From assembly GCA_021808485.1 (NCBI GenBank), contig JAKBBN010000003.1, forward strand, positions 3,341-67,340: a stretch of 64,000 bases of DNA. The letters are read 5' to 3'. The DNA is from Planctomycetota bacterium. GTDB taxonomy: Bacteria; Planctomycetota; Phycisphaerae; WQYP01. Below, in pieces: positions 34,432 to 41,921 of the stretch. The translations under genes were made by a program, and so were the position numbers. The notes beneath the pieces were generated by a model. That model saw only the letters and a program-made list of their open reading frames with translations. It did not search any database and was not told the origin of the DNA. Each line of letters starts with the position of its first letter. Position 1 is the first letter of the stretch.

Positions 34432-35823
34432 TCAACCTGAATCAGTTTCACGAAGGCCCAATTCATTGATTATTTCCATCGCATATCGCCGGCTTGATCC
34501 GCGAAGCCCCAGCAGGCAATTGCGACCGCACAAGCCCATCTGGCGGGCCGCGTCCGGATGCTCCAGCCACTGCCGCAACACGGCTTCCAGTTGCCCCGCA
34601 TTTTCCAGCCGCACCGCGCCGCCTGCGGCCAGCAGCACATCCACGGCCTGTGAAAAATTAAATGTGTGGGGGCCAAAGCAGACAGGTTTGGCCAGTGCCG
34701 CGGCTTCAATCATATCGCTGCCGCCGAGTTTGATAAGCGATCGGCCGGAAAACACACCCAGCGCCACGCTGTAGAGTTTTTTCAGTTCGCCCATCGTATC
34801 CAGCAGTACAACATCCCCGCATGACAATGCGGCACCCATCGCCCCGTCCGGCTGTTTTGAACGGTAAATGGCCCTCAATCCGCGGGATTCGATTGCCGAT
34901 CGAACGGCTGCCACCGTCTCCGGTTTGCGCGGGGCGATGGCCAGCCGCAACTGCGGCCAATCCGGCGACAGCCGCTGATACATGTCCAACAGTGCCGATT
35001 CTTCACCCGGTCCGGTTGATCCGCCCACCACAATTAAATGATCCGGCCTGATTCCCAATGCAGCGGCAAATTCCACAGTTCCAGGAATCGCCATGGAAAA
35101 ATCAGCCGCGTCGTATTTTACGGTCGCGATGGTATCCACACGCTCCGCCGGGGCGCCCAGCGCTATAAATCTGCGGGCAATTGGCTCGGTCTGCACACCG
35201 AATCGCTTGATGCGACGGAACATGGCCGCGACGACCGGCCGGATCAGCCGATACCGCCGAAATGACCTTTCCGTCAGTCGACCGTTGATAATCCGGATTG
35301 GTATGCCGCGGCGAACGGCCGTAAAAATAAAATTAGGCCAGGTTTCCAGCTCAACGAGAACAATAAGATCAGGCCGTATAGTATCCAGAAATCGATCAAC
35401 GGCGAAGCTCAAATCCAGCGGATAGCGTACAGGAACCACCGACGAGTCTTGGGCGGCATAAAGATCCGCGGCTCGGGCCAGACCGGTATCAGTGGTTGTG
35501 GAAACGACAATCTTCAACCGGGAATCCAGGGAGACAAGCTCATTGATCAACGGACGCATCGACAGCAATTCACCCACGGATACACAGTGCAGCAATATTC
35601 GGCGCGGCCGCTTGCCGCCCGAGGACATTTCATTTGGCCCGTTCGCCGAACGTAATTTTCCCAGGAGATGTGGATCAACCCTTCCCAGCCGCCCGGCCCA
35701 GCCGGATCGGTACTTGCCCGTGCGCCGGCTCTTGTAAAACAGAAAAGGCAGGGCCGGAATAAGCGCCAGGAAATAAAGGATGTTGATGATCCATCGCATC
35801 AGGGCAGCATGATATGCCGTCAC
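34432..35823 (-). CDS. waaA: 3-deoxy-D-manno-octulosonic acid (Kdo) transferase
   Basis: N-terminal membrane anchor, LLHCVSVGELLSMRPLINEL, and GT-B C-terminal GGS....HN..EAAALAKP-type motifs. The start could be GTG 35823 or ATG 35799. Confidence 0.85.
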   Translation of the reverse strand: MTAYHAALMRWIINILYFLALIPALPFLFYKSRRTGKYRSGWAGRLGRVDPHLLGKLRSANGPNEMSSGGKRPRRILLHCVSVGELLSMRPLINELVSLDSRLKIVVSTTTDTGLARAADLYAAQDSSVVPVRYPLDLSFAVDRFLDTIRPDLIVLVELETWPNFIFTAVRRGIPIRIINGRLTERSFRRYRLIRPVVAAMFRRIKRFGVQTEPIARRFIALGAPAERVDTIATVKYDAADFSMAIPGTVEFAAALGIRPDHLIVVGGSTGPGEESALLDMYQRLSPDWPQLRLAIAPRKPETVAAVRSAIESRGLRAIYRSKQPDGAMGAALSCGDVVLLDTMGELKKLYSVALGVFSGRSLIKLGGSDMIEAAALAKPVCFGPHTFNFSQAVDVLLAAGGAVRLENAGQLEAVLRQWLEHPDAARQMGLCGRNCLLGLRGSSRRYAMEIINELGLRETDSG

Positions 35824-36239
35824 GGCCGAACTTGCATCTGTGCGGCAGGTGCGGAACCTCGCGGCATTTCGGCGGATACGGCGAAATCATCCCGATGATC
35901 GTCGGCAAGTTTCGAAATTTGCCGAAGCCCAATACATGACGGAGACCGTCTGCACCCGTTTTTTTTCGCGCCCGTACCGGCGCAAATCCGCAGGACTACC
36001 TCAACCGGCGTTTTCATTGGGAATCGCGTCAACTGCCACTGGGAATCAATCTACTAATTCAACAAAACACCGCGAGCCGCGGCTTTTCCGGCGAGTATTA
36101 CTTCAATCGATTTTTCTTCACCGCATAAGCGATATATCGCCGGCCCGTTACCGCCGCGGAATCTTGATTAAATAATTCCCGTTCGGCCCGCCCGGCAACT
36201 GCATATTTCCCATCGTCGGCCGCCTTTCCCGGACTTTAT

Positions 36240-36417
36240 GGTTATCGCTACGTGCGATAACCGAAACGCGCCGGAAACATTCCATTTTGGCTGCAAATAA
36301 GCCGACGAAATGAACCGGAGCAGTGCAAGCTCCGCGTGGTGCGGAGTTCCGACTGCAGGCCGGTGAAACACCCAGAGCGGAGAGCAATAACAGCGATCCT
36401 TAAGTCCAAGACTTAAG
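36240..36417 (+). other. Cluster of stable hairpins in the putative 5' leader of the prepilin-type gene
   Basis: 36240..36262 is a 9-bp stem (GGTTATCGC/GCGATAACC). 36316..36334 and 36328..36348 are two mutually exclusive hairpins sharing GCTCCG. 36399..36417 is an 8-bp stem (CTTAAGTC/GACTTAAG), 15 nt before the SD AAGGAG. Confidence 0.35.
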
Positions 36418-36445
36418 ACCGCCGCATTAACCAAGGAGTTTTCTG

Positions 36446-37840
36446 ATGCGATACTGCCTGACATCAAGCAAAATTCTCAGCTCCGTGCATCCCCATGCGG
36501 CACCAGCACGCCGCCGCCGCGCCTTTAGTTTAAGCGAACTGCTGGTTGTGATCGCGGCAATGGCCATTCTTATCAGCCTGGTTATCGGATCCCTTGGCCG
36601 GGCCAGAGAACTCTCCAGGATAGCCGTGTGCCTGTCCAACCTCCATCAACTGGCTGTGGCGGCCAACGCCTATGCGGTGCGAAACCACGGCGCGTTGCCC
36701 AGCGATGATTTTACCGCCAATGGCACATGGGTTCATGAGCTTGCACCATATGTCCACAACATGCAGGCTGCCGACATCTGTCCGGATGCAACATTACCCG
36801 CCGGGGGCATCGGCACGGCGAGCCTCGCGTGGGGATCCATCAACATGGGTGGCCCCCCCTATGCCGCGGGTTATCCATGGCTGGCCAATGACATCGGAAG
36901 TTATGGCCTGAACAATTACGTCAGTACGTCCGCCACGAGCGGGGCCTTAACCTCCATGGGAACCGCGACTGTCGGCGGCACCGACACCTTCAGTGGAAAT
37001 GTCATGTCCGCCAACAATATTGTCGGCATCGGCAATTCGCTGGTAAACGGCAATGTTATTGCCGGCGGCACGGTAACGGCCGTCGGTGCCACGGGAATCA
37101 CGGGCACCGTTTCACAAAATGTTCAGGGACTCAGCCCGCCTGATGTAACGGAAATGTTTGACCAGATGCTTGCCTACGATAATCCATGGCCGGCAGGCAG
37201 CGGAAACCTTGATTTCAGCACGCATCCCGTGCAGATCATCAACGGCAATTTTTCGCCGAGCGGCCAGACTACCATCACCGGTTCCGGCACACTGATGGTG
37301 ACCGGCAATGTGGACGTTACCGGGCAATTCCCGTCCAATCACGTCGGCGGCAGCGTCAATATGAATATAGTGTGCCTGGGAACCGTGCAATTTCACGGCC
37401 AGACCAGCATCAACGGCTCCATTTACGCGGCCGGCGGTGTAAAATTCAGTGATGGGTATTATCTCCATGGATCTATTGTTACCAACGGTACATTTACAGA
37501 TCGTGGAAACGGCACAATCGTTCAAGGTCCCACACCGCCATTTGATGCGCGGTCGAGCATGGGCATAACATTACCCGGTCAGCCGCTTTTTGCCGATGCG
37601 ATATGGGTGGACGCATCACCGCAATCGATGGATCCGGTTCCCGATAATCTGAATCTCGGAAATTCCACGCTGGCCAACAATGATGAACTCGGAATTTTCT
37701 GCATCAACCGGCATTTGAATCAGGTAAATGTCGTCAATACCGATGGGTCCGCCCATACCGTTCCTCTTGCCGGCCTGTGGCAATTGCAATGGTCGACGAA
37801 CTTCAGGCCGAGTACCGTAACCATTCCCCAGTCCTGGTAA
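36446..37840 (+). CDS. Prepilin-type N-terminal cleavage/methylation domain protein, H-X9-DG class, with a beta-helix-like insert
   Basis: AFSLSELLVVIAAMAILISLV with Glu at +5. The C-terminal part has H-LNQVNVVNT-DG. The central region is Gly/Asn/Val-rich and repetitive. A strong SD AAGGAG lies upstream. Confidence 0.8.
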   Translation: MRYCLTSSKILSSVHPHAAPARRRRAFSLSELLVVIAAMAILISLVIGSLGRARELSRIAVCLSNLHQLAVAANAYAVRNHGALPSDDFTANGTWVHELAPYVHNMQAADICPDATLPAGGIGTASLAWGSINMGGPPYAAGYPWLANDIGSYGLNNYVSTSATSGALTSMGTATVGGTDTFSGNVMSANNIVGIGNSLVNGNVIAGGTVTAVGATGITGTVSQNVQGLSPPDVTEMFDQMLAYDNPWPAGSGNLDFSTHPVQIINGNFSPSGQTTITGSGTLMVTGNVDVTGQFPSNHVGGSVNMNIVCLGTVQFHGQTSINGSIYAAGGVKFSDGYYLHGSIVTNGTFTDRGNGTIVQGPTPPFDARSSMGITLPGQPLFADAIWVDASPQSMDPVPDNLNLGNSTLANNDELGIFCINRHLNQVNVVNTDGSAHTVPLAGLWQLQWSTNFRPSTVTIPQSW

Positions 37841-37880
37841 AACCGCCGGACCGTGGTTGGCATACGGAGCAACTGACAGC

Positions 37881-37917
37881 GCAGAGGGCGCAACAACAGC
37901 AGAAACGCGCCCTCTGC
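37881..37917. terminator. Long-loop GC hairpin in a convergent gap
   Basis: GCAGAGGGCGC, then AACAACAGCAGAAAC, then GCGCCCTCTGC. The stem is 11 bp and perfect. There is no U tract. It lies 41 nt after the prepilin-type stop. Confidence 0.4.
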
Positions 37918-37975
37918 CGGCCCCGCCGCGATCAGGCCGGGCGGGCACCGTCGACCCCGGCGTTGAACACCGCAA

Positions 37976-38047
37976 GCGGTATTCCACGCCGCAAGCAGTT
38001 CTAATAAAATAGCACTGATACTCGGGATTCGGCGGTATTCCACGCCG
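37976..38047. repeat. Perfect 16-nt direct repeat flanking an AT-rich 40-nt core
   Basis: GCGGTATTCCACGCCG occurs at 37976..37991 and 38032..38047. Confidence 0.6.
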
Positions 38048-38073
38048 TCACACTCGACGGGAACCGAATCATT

Positions 38074-39615
38074 CTATAGCTGCGATCTGGCCGCCGGTCC
38101 TACGACATGGTCGAGCGGCAGTGGTTCATTACCGCTCCATGTCGCTCCGGCGCTGCCGGCCGCACCCGCCGCCTGAATCTCCAGCGGGAGGCCCATTTCC
38201 CGCGGATAGTCCGACACAATTTGCAGAAGTGCGTCGGTGGCTCGGTTCGAATTATCCAGCATGGCTGCCACCGTGCCGCCGCCGCCGCTTGCCGTAATGC
38301 GCGCCCCGAAAACACCCGCCGCCGGGCCGGCATCAATCAGCCGGCTTAACAGCCAGTCCGCCTGCGGACATGACAGCCCCAGGCGCAATCTATAACTGTG
38401 CTGCGACGCAAGCAGCAGCCGCCCGGCGCGCTGCAGCGTTCGCCGCCGTTGCTGATTTTCCAGCCGTTCAACGGATCGTCCGGCCTCCGGCAATTCCGCC
38501 AGGTCCTCCATCACCTGCAAAAAATTCTCCGCGTGCTCCCGCTCGGAAATCAGATGATCCACCGCCGCCCGGACGCGGTAAAGTTCACCCGGCGCCACCG
38601 GCCCGCCTTCCTGCGGCAATTCCCCATAGCTCCGCAAAAAATCCCGGCCGCGCAACCGTCGCGGCAGCAGCGATCGGAAATAGCGGCGATAAAGCTCCGG
38701 GGACATGTTTCCCAGATAACCGTTAAGGGGGCTGCTTTCACGCCCCAGGTCGCGATACACCGTTTCCATAATTCGCAGGCCCATATCCCCGGCAAGACGC
38801 AGCGACCGCGCCGTTTCACTGCTGCGCATGGCCGGTTTGCCCGTATTGAGCGCAAAAACCCGCACATCGGCGGGTAGGGGAATCTGCCCGATTAAATTAT
38901 GCGGCTGTGCCGAATACCGCAGCAGATGTGCGGGTGGACCGTCCGCCGCGCACAGCACAGTCAACGCGTCCACCACATGTCCGCCGGACGGTCCGAACAG
39001 GCTCTCCGCCCGATGAATCAGCACGGCTTTTTCCACCGTGGAAAGATTAAACCCGAACAGCCGGACGACCGCCTGCAACAACGCCGCCGTGACGGCCGTG
39101 GAACTCCCCTGACCGGCGAATATTGCAATTTCGGAATCCACCACCACCGCGGCTCCCCGCGGCGCCGGTGAGTCCGCCGGCCCGGTGGCCGCGGTCTGAT
39201 AAATTCCCTCCCTTGAAAGCAGGTAAAACAACCCCACGTACGGCAGCGTCCACCAACCTTCCGGTCCAATTCGGCCCATCAGGTAATGCGGTTCCGGCAG
39301 CGGCCTGCCGGATAGCGGAAAAAGATCATCAGCCGGAAATCGCACGATCGATTCCGTCGCCGGCTCTCCGGCCTTTACGCCGCCGGCCCGGAAACCCGTG
39401 CCGATAAAGATCAGTTGCCCATCGGTGCGGGCCTGCACACCCACCGCGGCGCGGCGGGGAAGAGCCATCTGGCCCACCACGCCCCCCGCCTCACAGGACA
39501 ATCCGCCAATCACATCCAGCCTGCCCGGCGCGCTGTGCACAACCGGTACACCCTCGCCGCCAAGCATGGCCATGCGCTGGGCAACAGATTGCAAAATATC
39601 GCGGCCGCTGGACAT
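38074..39615 (-). CDS. GHMP-family sugar kinase (galactokinase / L-arabinokinase-like)
   Basis: SAPGRLDVIGG near the N-terminus, motif II IFAGQGSSTAVTAALLQ and motif III GARITASGGGGTVAAM. 513 aa with a long helical insert. Confidence 0.75.
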   Translation of the reverse strand: MSSGRDILQSVAQRMAMLGGEGVPVVHSAPGRLDVIGGLSCEAGGVVGQMALPRRAAVGVQARTDGQLIFIGTGFRAGGVKAGEPATESIVRFPADDLFPLSGRPLPEPHYLMGRIGPEGWWTLPYVGLFYLLSREGIYQTAATGPADSPAPRGAAVVVDSEIAIFAGQGSSTAVTAALLQAVVRLFGFNLSTVEKAVLIHRAESLFGPSGGHVVDALTVLCAADGPPAHLLRYSAQPHNLIGQIPLPADVRVFALNTGKPAMRSSETARSLRLAGDMGLRIMETVYRDLGRESSPLNGYLGNMSPELYRRYFRSLLPRRLRGRDFLRSYGELPQEGGPVAPGELYRVRAAVDHLISEREHAENFLQVMEDLAELPEAGRSVERLENQQRRRTLQRAGRLLLASQHSYRLRLGLSCPQADWLLSRLIDAGPAAGVFGARITASGGGGTVAAMLDNSNRATDALLQIVSDYPREMGLPLEIQAAGAAGSAGATWSGNEPLPLDHVVGPAARSQL

Positions 39616-39726
39616 ATGCGTCTATCATAAGCAACCGCACGCCCGGACTCCAGCGGACAATCCCCCTCCAATACACCCCGTCCGCAGCGGCCCTGCGAAA
39701 CGGCGGCCTAAATTATGGCGGGACCG

Positions 39727-40185
39727 TCAATGGGCATCGTCGGAAAGGGGTCTTTCGAATTGGATGAGAAGATCACTGCGCATTGAATCCCAGCGGGTTC
39801 CCACAATGTCATAACCGACCGCAAGAGCCAGATGAACCATGGATTTGTGCCGGTTCAGCGCCTCGAACCGGGAATATTCATAGCCGTGGGATTTCGCCCA
39901 TTCATGGTGCGATTCCATGAGTTGCCGGCCGATTTTCTGACCGCGGAAATCCGCGTGAACACCCACAAGCCACGTATAAAACACACCGGGTTTAAGTTCA
40001 AACCCGATATTAAATCCTACAGGCCGGTTATCCAGGGAAGCCAGCATAACCAGAACGTTGTACCGTCCCTGAAAACGGCGGCGGAAATAATTCTCATTTT
40101 CCGGAGGCCGAAATACCTGATTGTACAAGTCCACGATCACGGGCAATTGTGTTTCGGTGATGATGGAAATATCTGCCTGGGCCAT
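39727..40185 (-). CDS. GNAT family N-acetyltransferase
   Basis: The acetyl-CoA-binding segment VHADFRGQKIGRQLM, about 150 aa. GAAAAGG lies upstream of ATG 40185. Confidence 0.8.
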   Translation of the reverse strand: MAQADISIITETQLPVIVDLYNQVFRPPENENYFRRRFQGRYNVLVMLASLDNRPVGFNIGFELKPGVFYTWLVGVHADFRGQKIGRQLMESHHEWAKSHGYEYSRFEALNRHKSMVHLALAVGYDIVGTRWDSMRSDLLIQFERPLSDDAH

Positions 40186-40357
40186 ACGCCTTTTCCACAA
40201 AGTTCACATTCAACCCGTATCGCAGCCGCGGGTCTTTCACTGGATATCATATCCGAACGTACCGGTTTTTTCCCGGCATCGGGCCGGTAGTCCGCTCCAG
40301 GGAATGCCGACAATCGCATGGTCGATCGCCCAACCCGCGGAATGCCGCGGTCCGCGG

Positions 40358-41038
40358 TTATTTCCGTCGGGACAGCAGAATGGACTTCCCTCCTTTTACC
40401 ATTTGCCCCACATGAACGCACACCTCCCAGTTTTCCGGCTGGGGTAAAATCAATTCCGTGCGACTGCCGAAGGCGATCATTCCAAACCGCTGCCCCCGGC
40501 CCAGCCTGTCATTTGGATATACCGGGGCAATGATCCGACGTGCAATAGCTCCGGACACCTGCCGAATCACCGCGACGCGCTCCCCACCTCCGGACTGCCC
40601 GGCGGTTTTCAGAACAATCAAATTGGATTCGTTGCGCTGTCCGCATTGCGGATGGCGAGCATCCAGGAATTCACCCGGCGTATAACGTGTGGACTCCACC
40701 AAAGCATCGCACGGCGAACGGTTGATGTGCACGTCCAGCACGCTCAAAAAAATGCCGATCCGCAGCGCCGGCCCGCCGAGTTCGTCACAATGATCCATAC
40801 GGCTTATTTCCGTGATTTTGCCGTCCGCCGGCGACAACATGACACCGCTGCCCTGCGGAATCCGGCGCGGGGGATCACGGAAAAATGCCATGCACGCCAA
40901 GGTTATCGCCAAAACCGCCGCCGCCAGGGGAATGGACAAAGCCGCCGCCGTCAGCGTCAGCACCATACCCGCCGTCAACATCGGCAGCCAGAATCGCCAC
41001 CCGAAAAGTGATAGCGGAAACCATGGCATCGGTTTCAT
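40358..41038 (-). CDS. psd: Phosphatidylserine decarboxylase (short, archaetidylserine-decarboxylase-like type)
   Basis: N-terminal TM helices, the SPADGKI motif and the C-terminal self-cleavage motif FGSRTEL. The start overlaps the upstream gene by 4 nt. Confidence 0.85.
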   Translation of the reverse strand: MKPMPWFPLSLFGWRFWLPMLTAGMVLTLTAAALSIPLAAAVLAITLACMAFFRDPPRRIPQGSGVMLSPADGKITEISRMDHCDELGGPALRIGIFLSVLDVHINRSPCDALVESTRYTPGEFLDARHPQCGQRNESNLIVLKTAGQSGGGERVAVIRQVSGAIARRIIAPVYPNDRLGRGQRFGMIAFGSRTELILPQPENWEVCVHVGQMVKGGKSILLSRRK

Positions 41039-41727
41039 GGTTTTGCGCCCGCCGGTCGTACATGCGCCGAAAGACGCATGATTTGCAGGTTAGGCTGCGG
41101 CGTAAATGTACCCGCCTGCCCCAGATTGGAAATCAGCGATCCATCCACCACAAAACCCTTGTACTGTCCGTTGATGATTTGAAAAAAAGGAAATGCCGTC
41201 GCGCCGGGAGCATCGCTGGTTGTACCGTTAAACAGAAACTTTATTCTTGTGCCGCCGGGAAGAACACCCCGGATACGATGTGAATACCCGGCCGGATTAT
41301 TGTAATAACTCTGCAACGAAAGCGGGCTGCCGATCGGTCCCAGCGGATCGCCGACATAGTCCAGATAATACGGACTCCATGCATCCGGTGGAATCAACCC
41401 ATGTTTGCCCACGCCGCCCACGGCCCGCCCCTTCGGCGAAGATTGCGACATTATATTCTGCGGCTTGATCCAGATCAGCACCGGCTGGGTAAGGGTAAAC
41501 ACCTGTCCCGCCCGGTAGCCCGGCCCGCGGGTCACCGCGGGAAGTTTGTAACCGGGAAAATTGGCCGAAGGCGGATTTGGCGAAGAACACCCTGCCAGAC
41601 ACAATGCAGCCGCCAGCGCCGCGGCCGGAACAAACCGGATCACGCCGTGCCCGGTCCTGGCTATTATTTTTGATACGCCGCTGACCACATCCTTGGAATC
41701 CGTATTCAACATGAGTGCACCTTCCAT
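41035..41727 (-). CDS. Hypothetical lipoprotein
   Basis: Lipobox LCLAGCSS after a hydrophobic segment. I do not recognise the rest. Confidence 0.6.
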   Translation of the reverse strand: MEGALMLNTDSKDVVSGVSKIIARTGHGVIRFVPAAALAAALCLAGCSSPNPPSANFPGYKLPAVTRGPGYRAGQVFTLTQPVLIWIKPQNIMSQSSPKGRAVGGVGKHGLIPPDAWSPYYLDYVGDPLGPIGSPLSLQSYYNNPAGYSHRIRGVLPGGTRIKFLFNGTTSDAPGATAFPFFQIINGQYKGFVVDGSLISNLGQAGTFTPQPNLQIMRLSAHVRPAGAKP

Positions 41728-41921
41728 AAAAAAACGCTGGTATTACTCTCCCTGTAATCACTTAATGTAATACGAAAAGCCATTTGCACCAAGCCACAGC
41801 CCTGTCGGTTACCGGGTTTTCATCCGTATATCAGTCCGCCCGACGCGCCATTCCGGCCGTGGTGGGGCACACCGTCAGGGCGTCCGCAAAAACCGCCGCG
41901 GCAGACCCGCCGCCGGACCGG

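Noticed and set aside
36280-36360. A possible c-di-GMP (GEMM) riboswitch upstream of the prepilin-type gene, suggested by GACGAAATGAACCGGAG and the pilin-type context.
   Set aside because: The conserved GEMM-I elements as I remember them (GCACAGGGCAAACC, GACGCAAAGCC..CCGG) are not present. Only a loose resemblance remains. The region is reported as an unexplained structured region, not as a named riboswitch.
36853-36859. A C7 tract in the prepilin-type gene (and a C7/G7 tract at 14281..14287 in the methyltransferase gene) as possible phase-variation switches.
   Set aside because: Seven residues is short for slipped-strand switching and arises naturally from Gly-Pro-Pro / Pro-Gly-Gly codons in a GC-rich genome. 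There is no supporting evidence.
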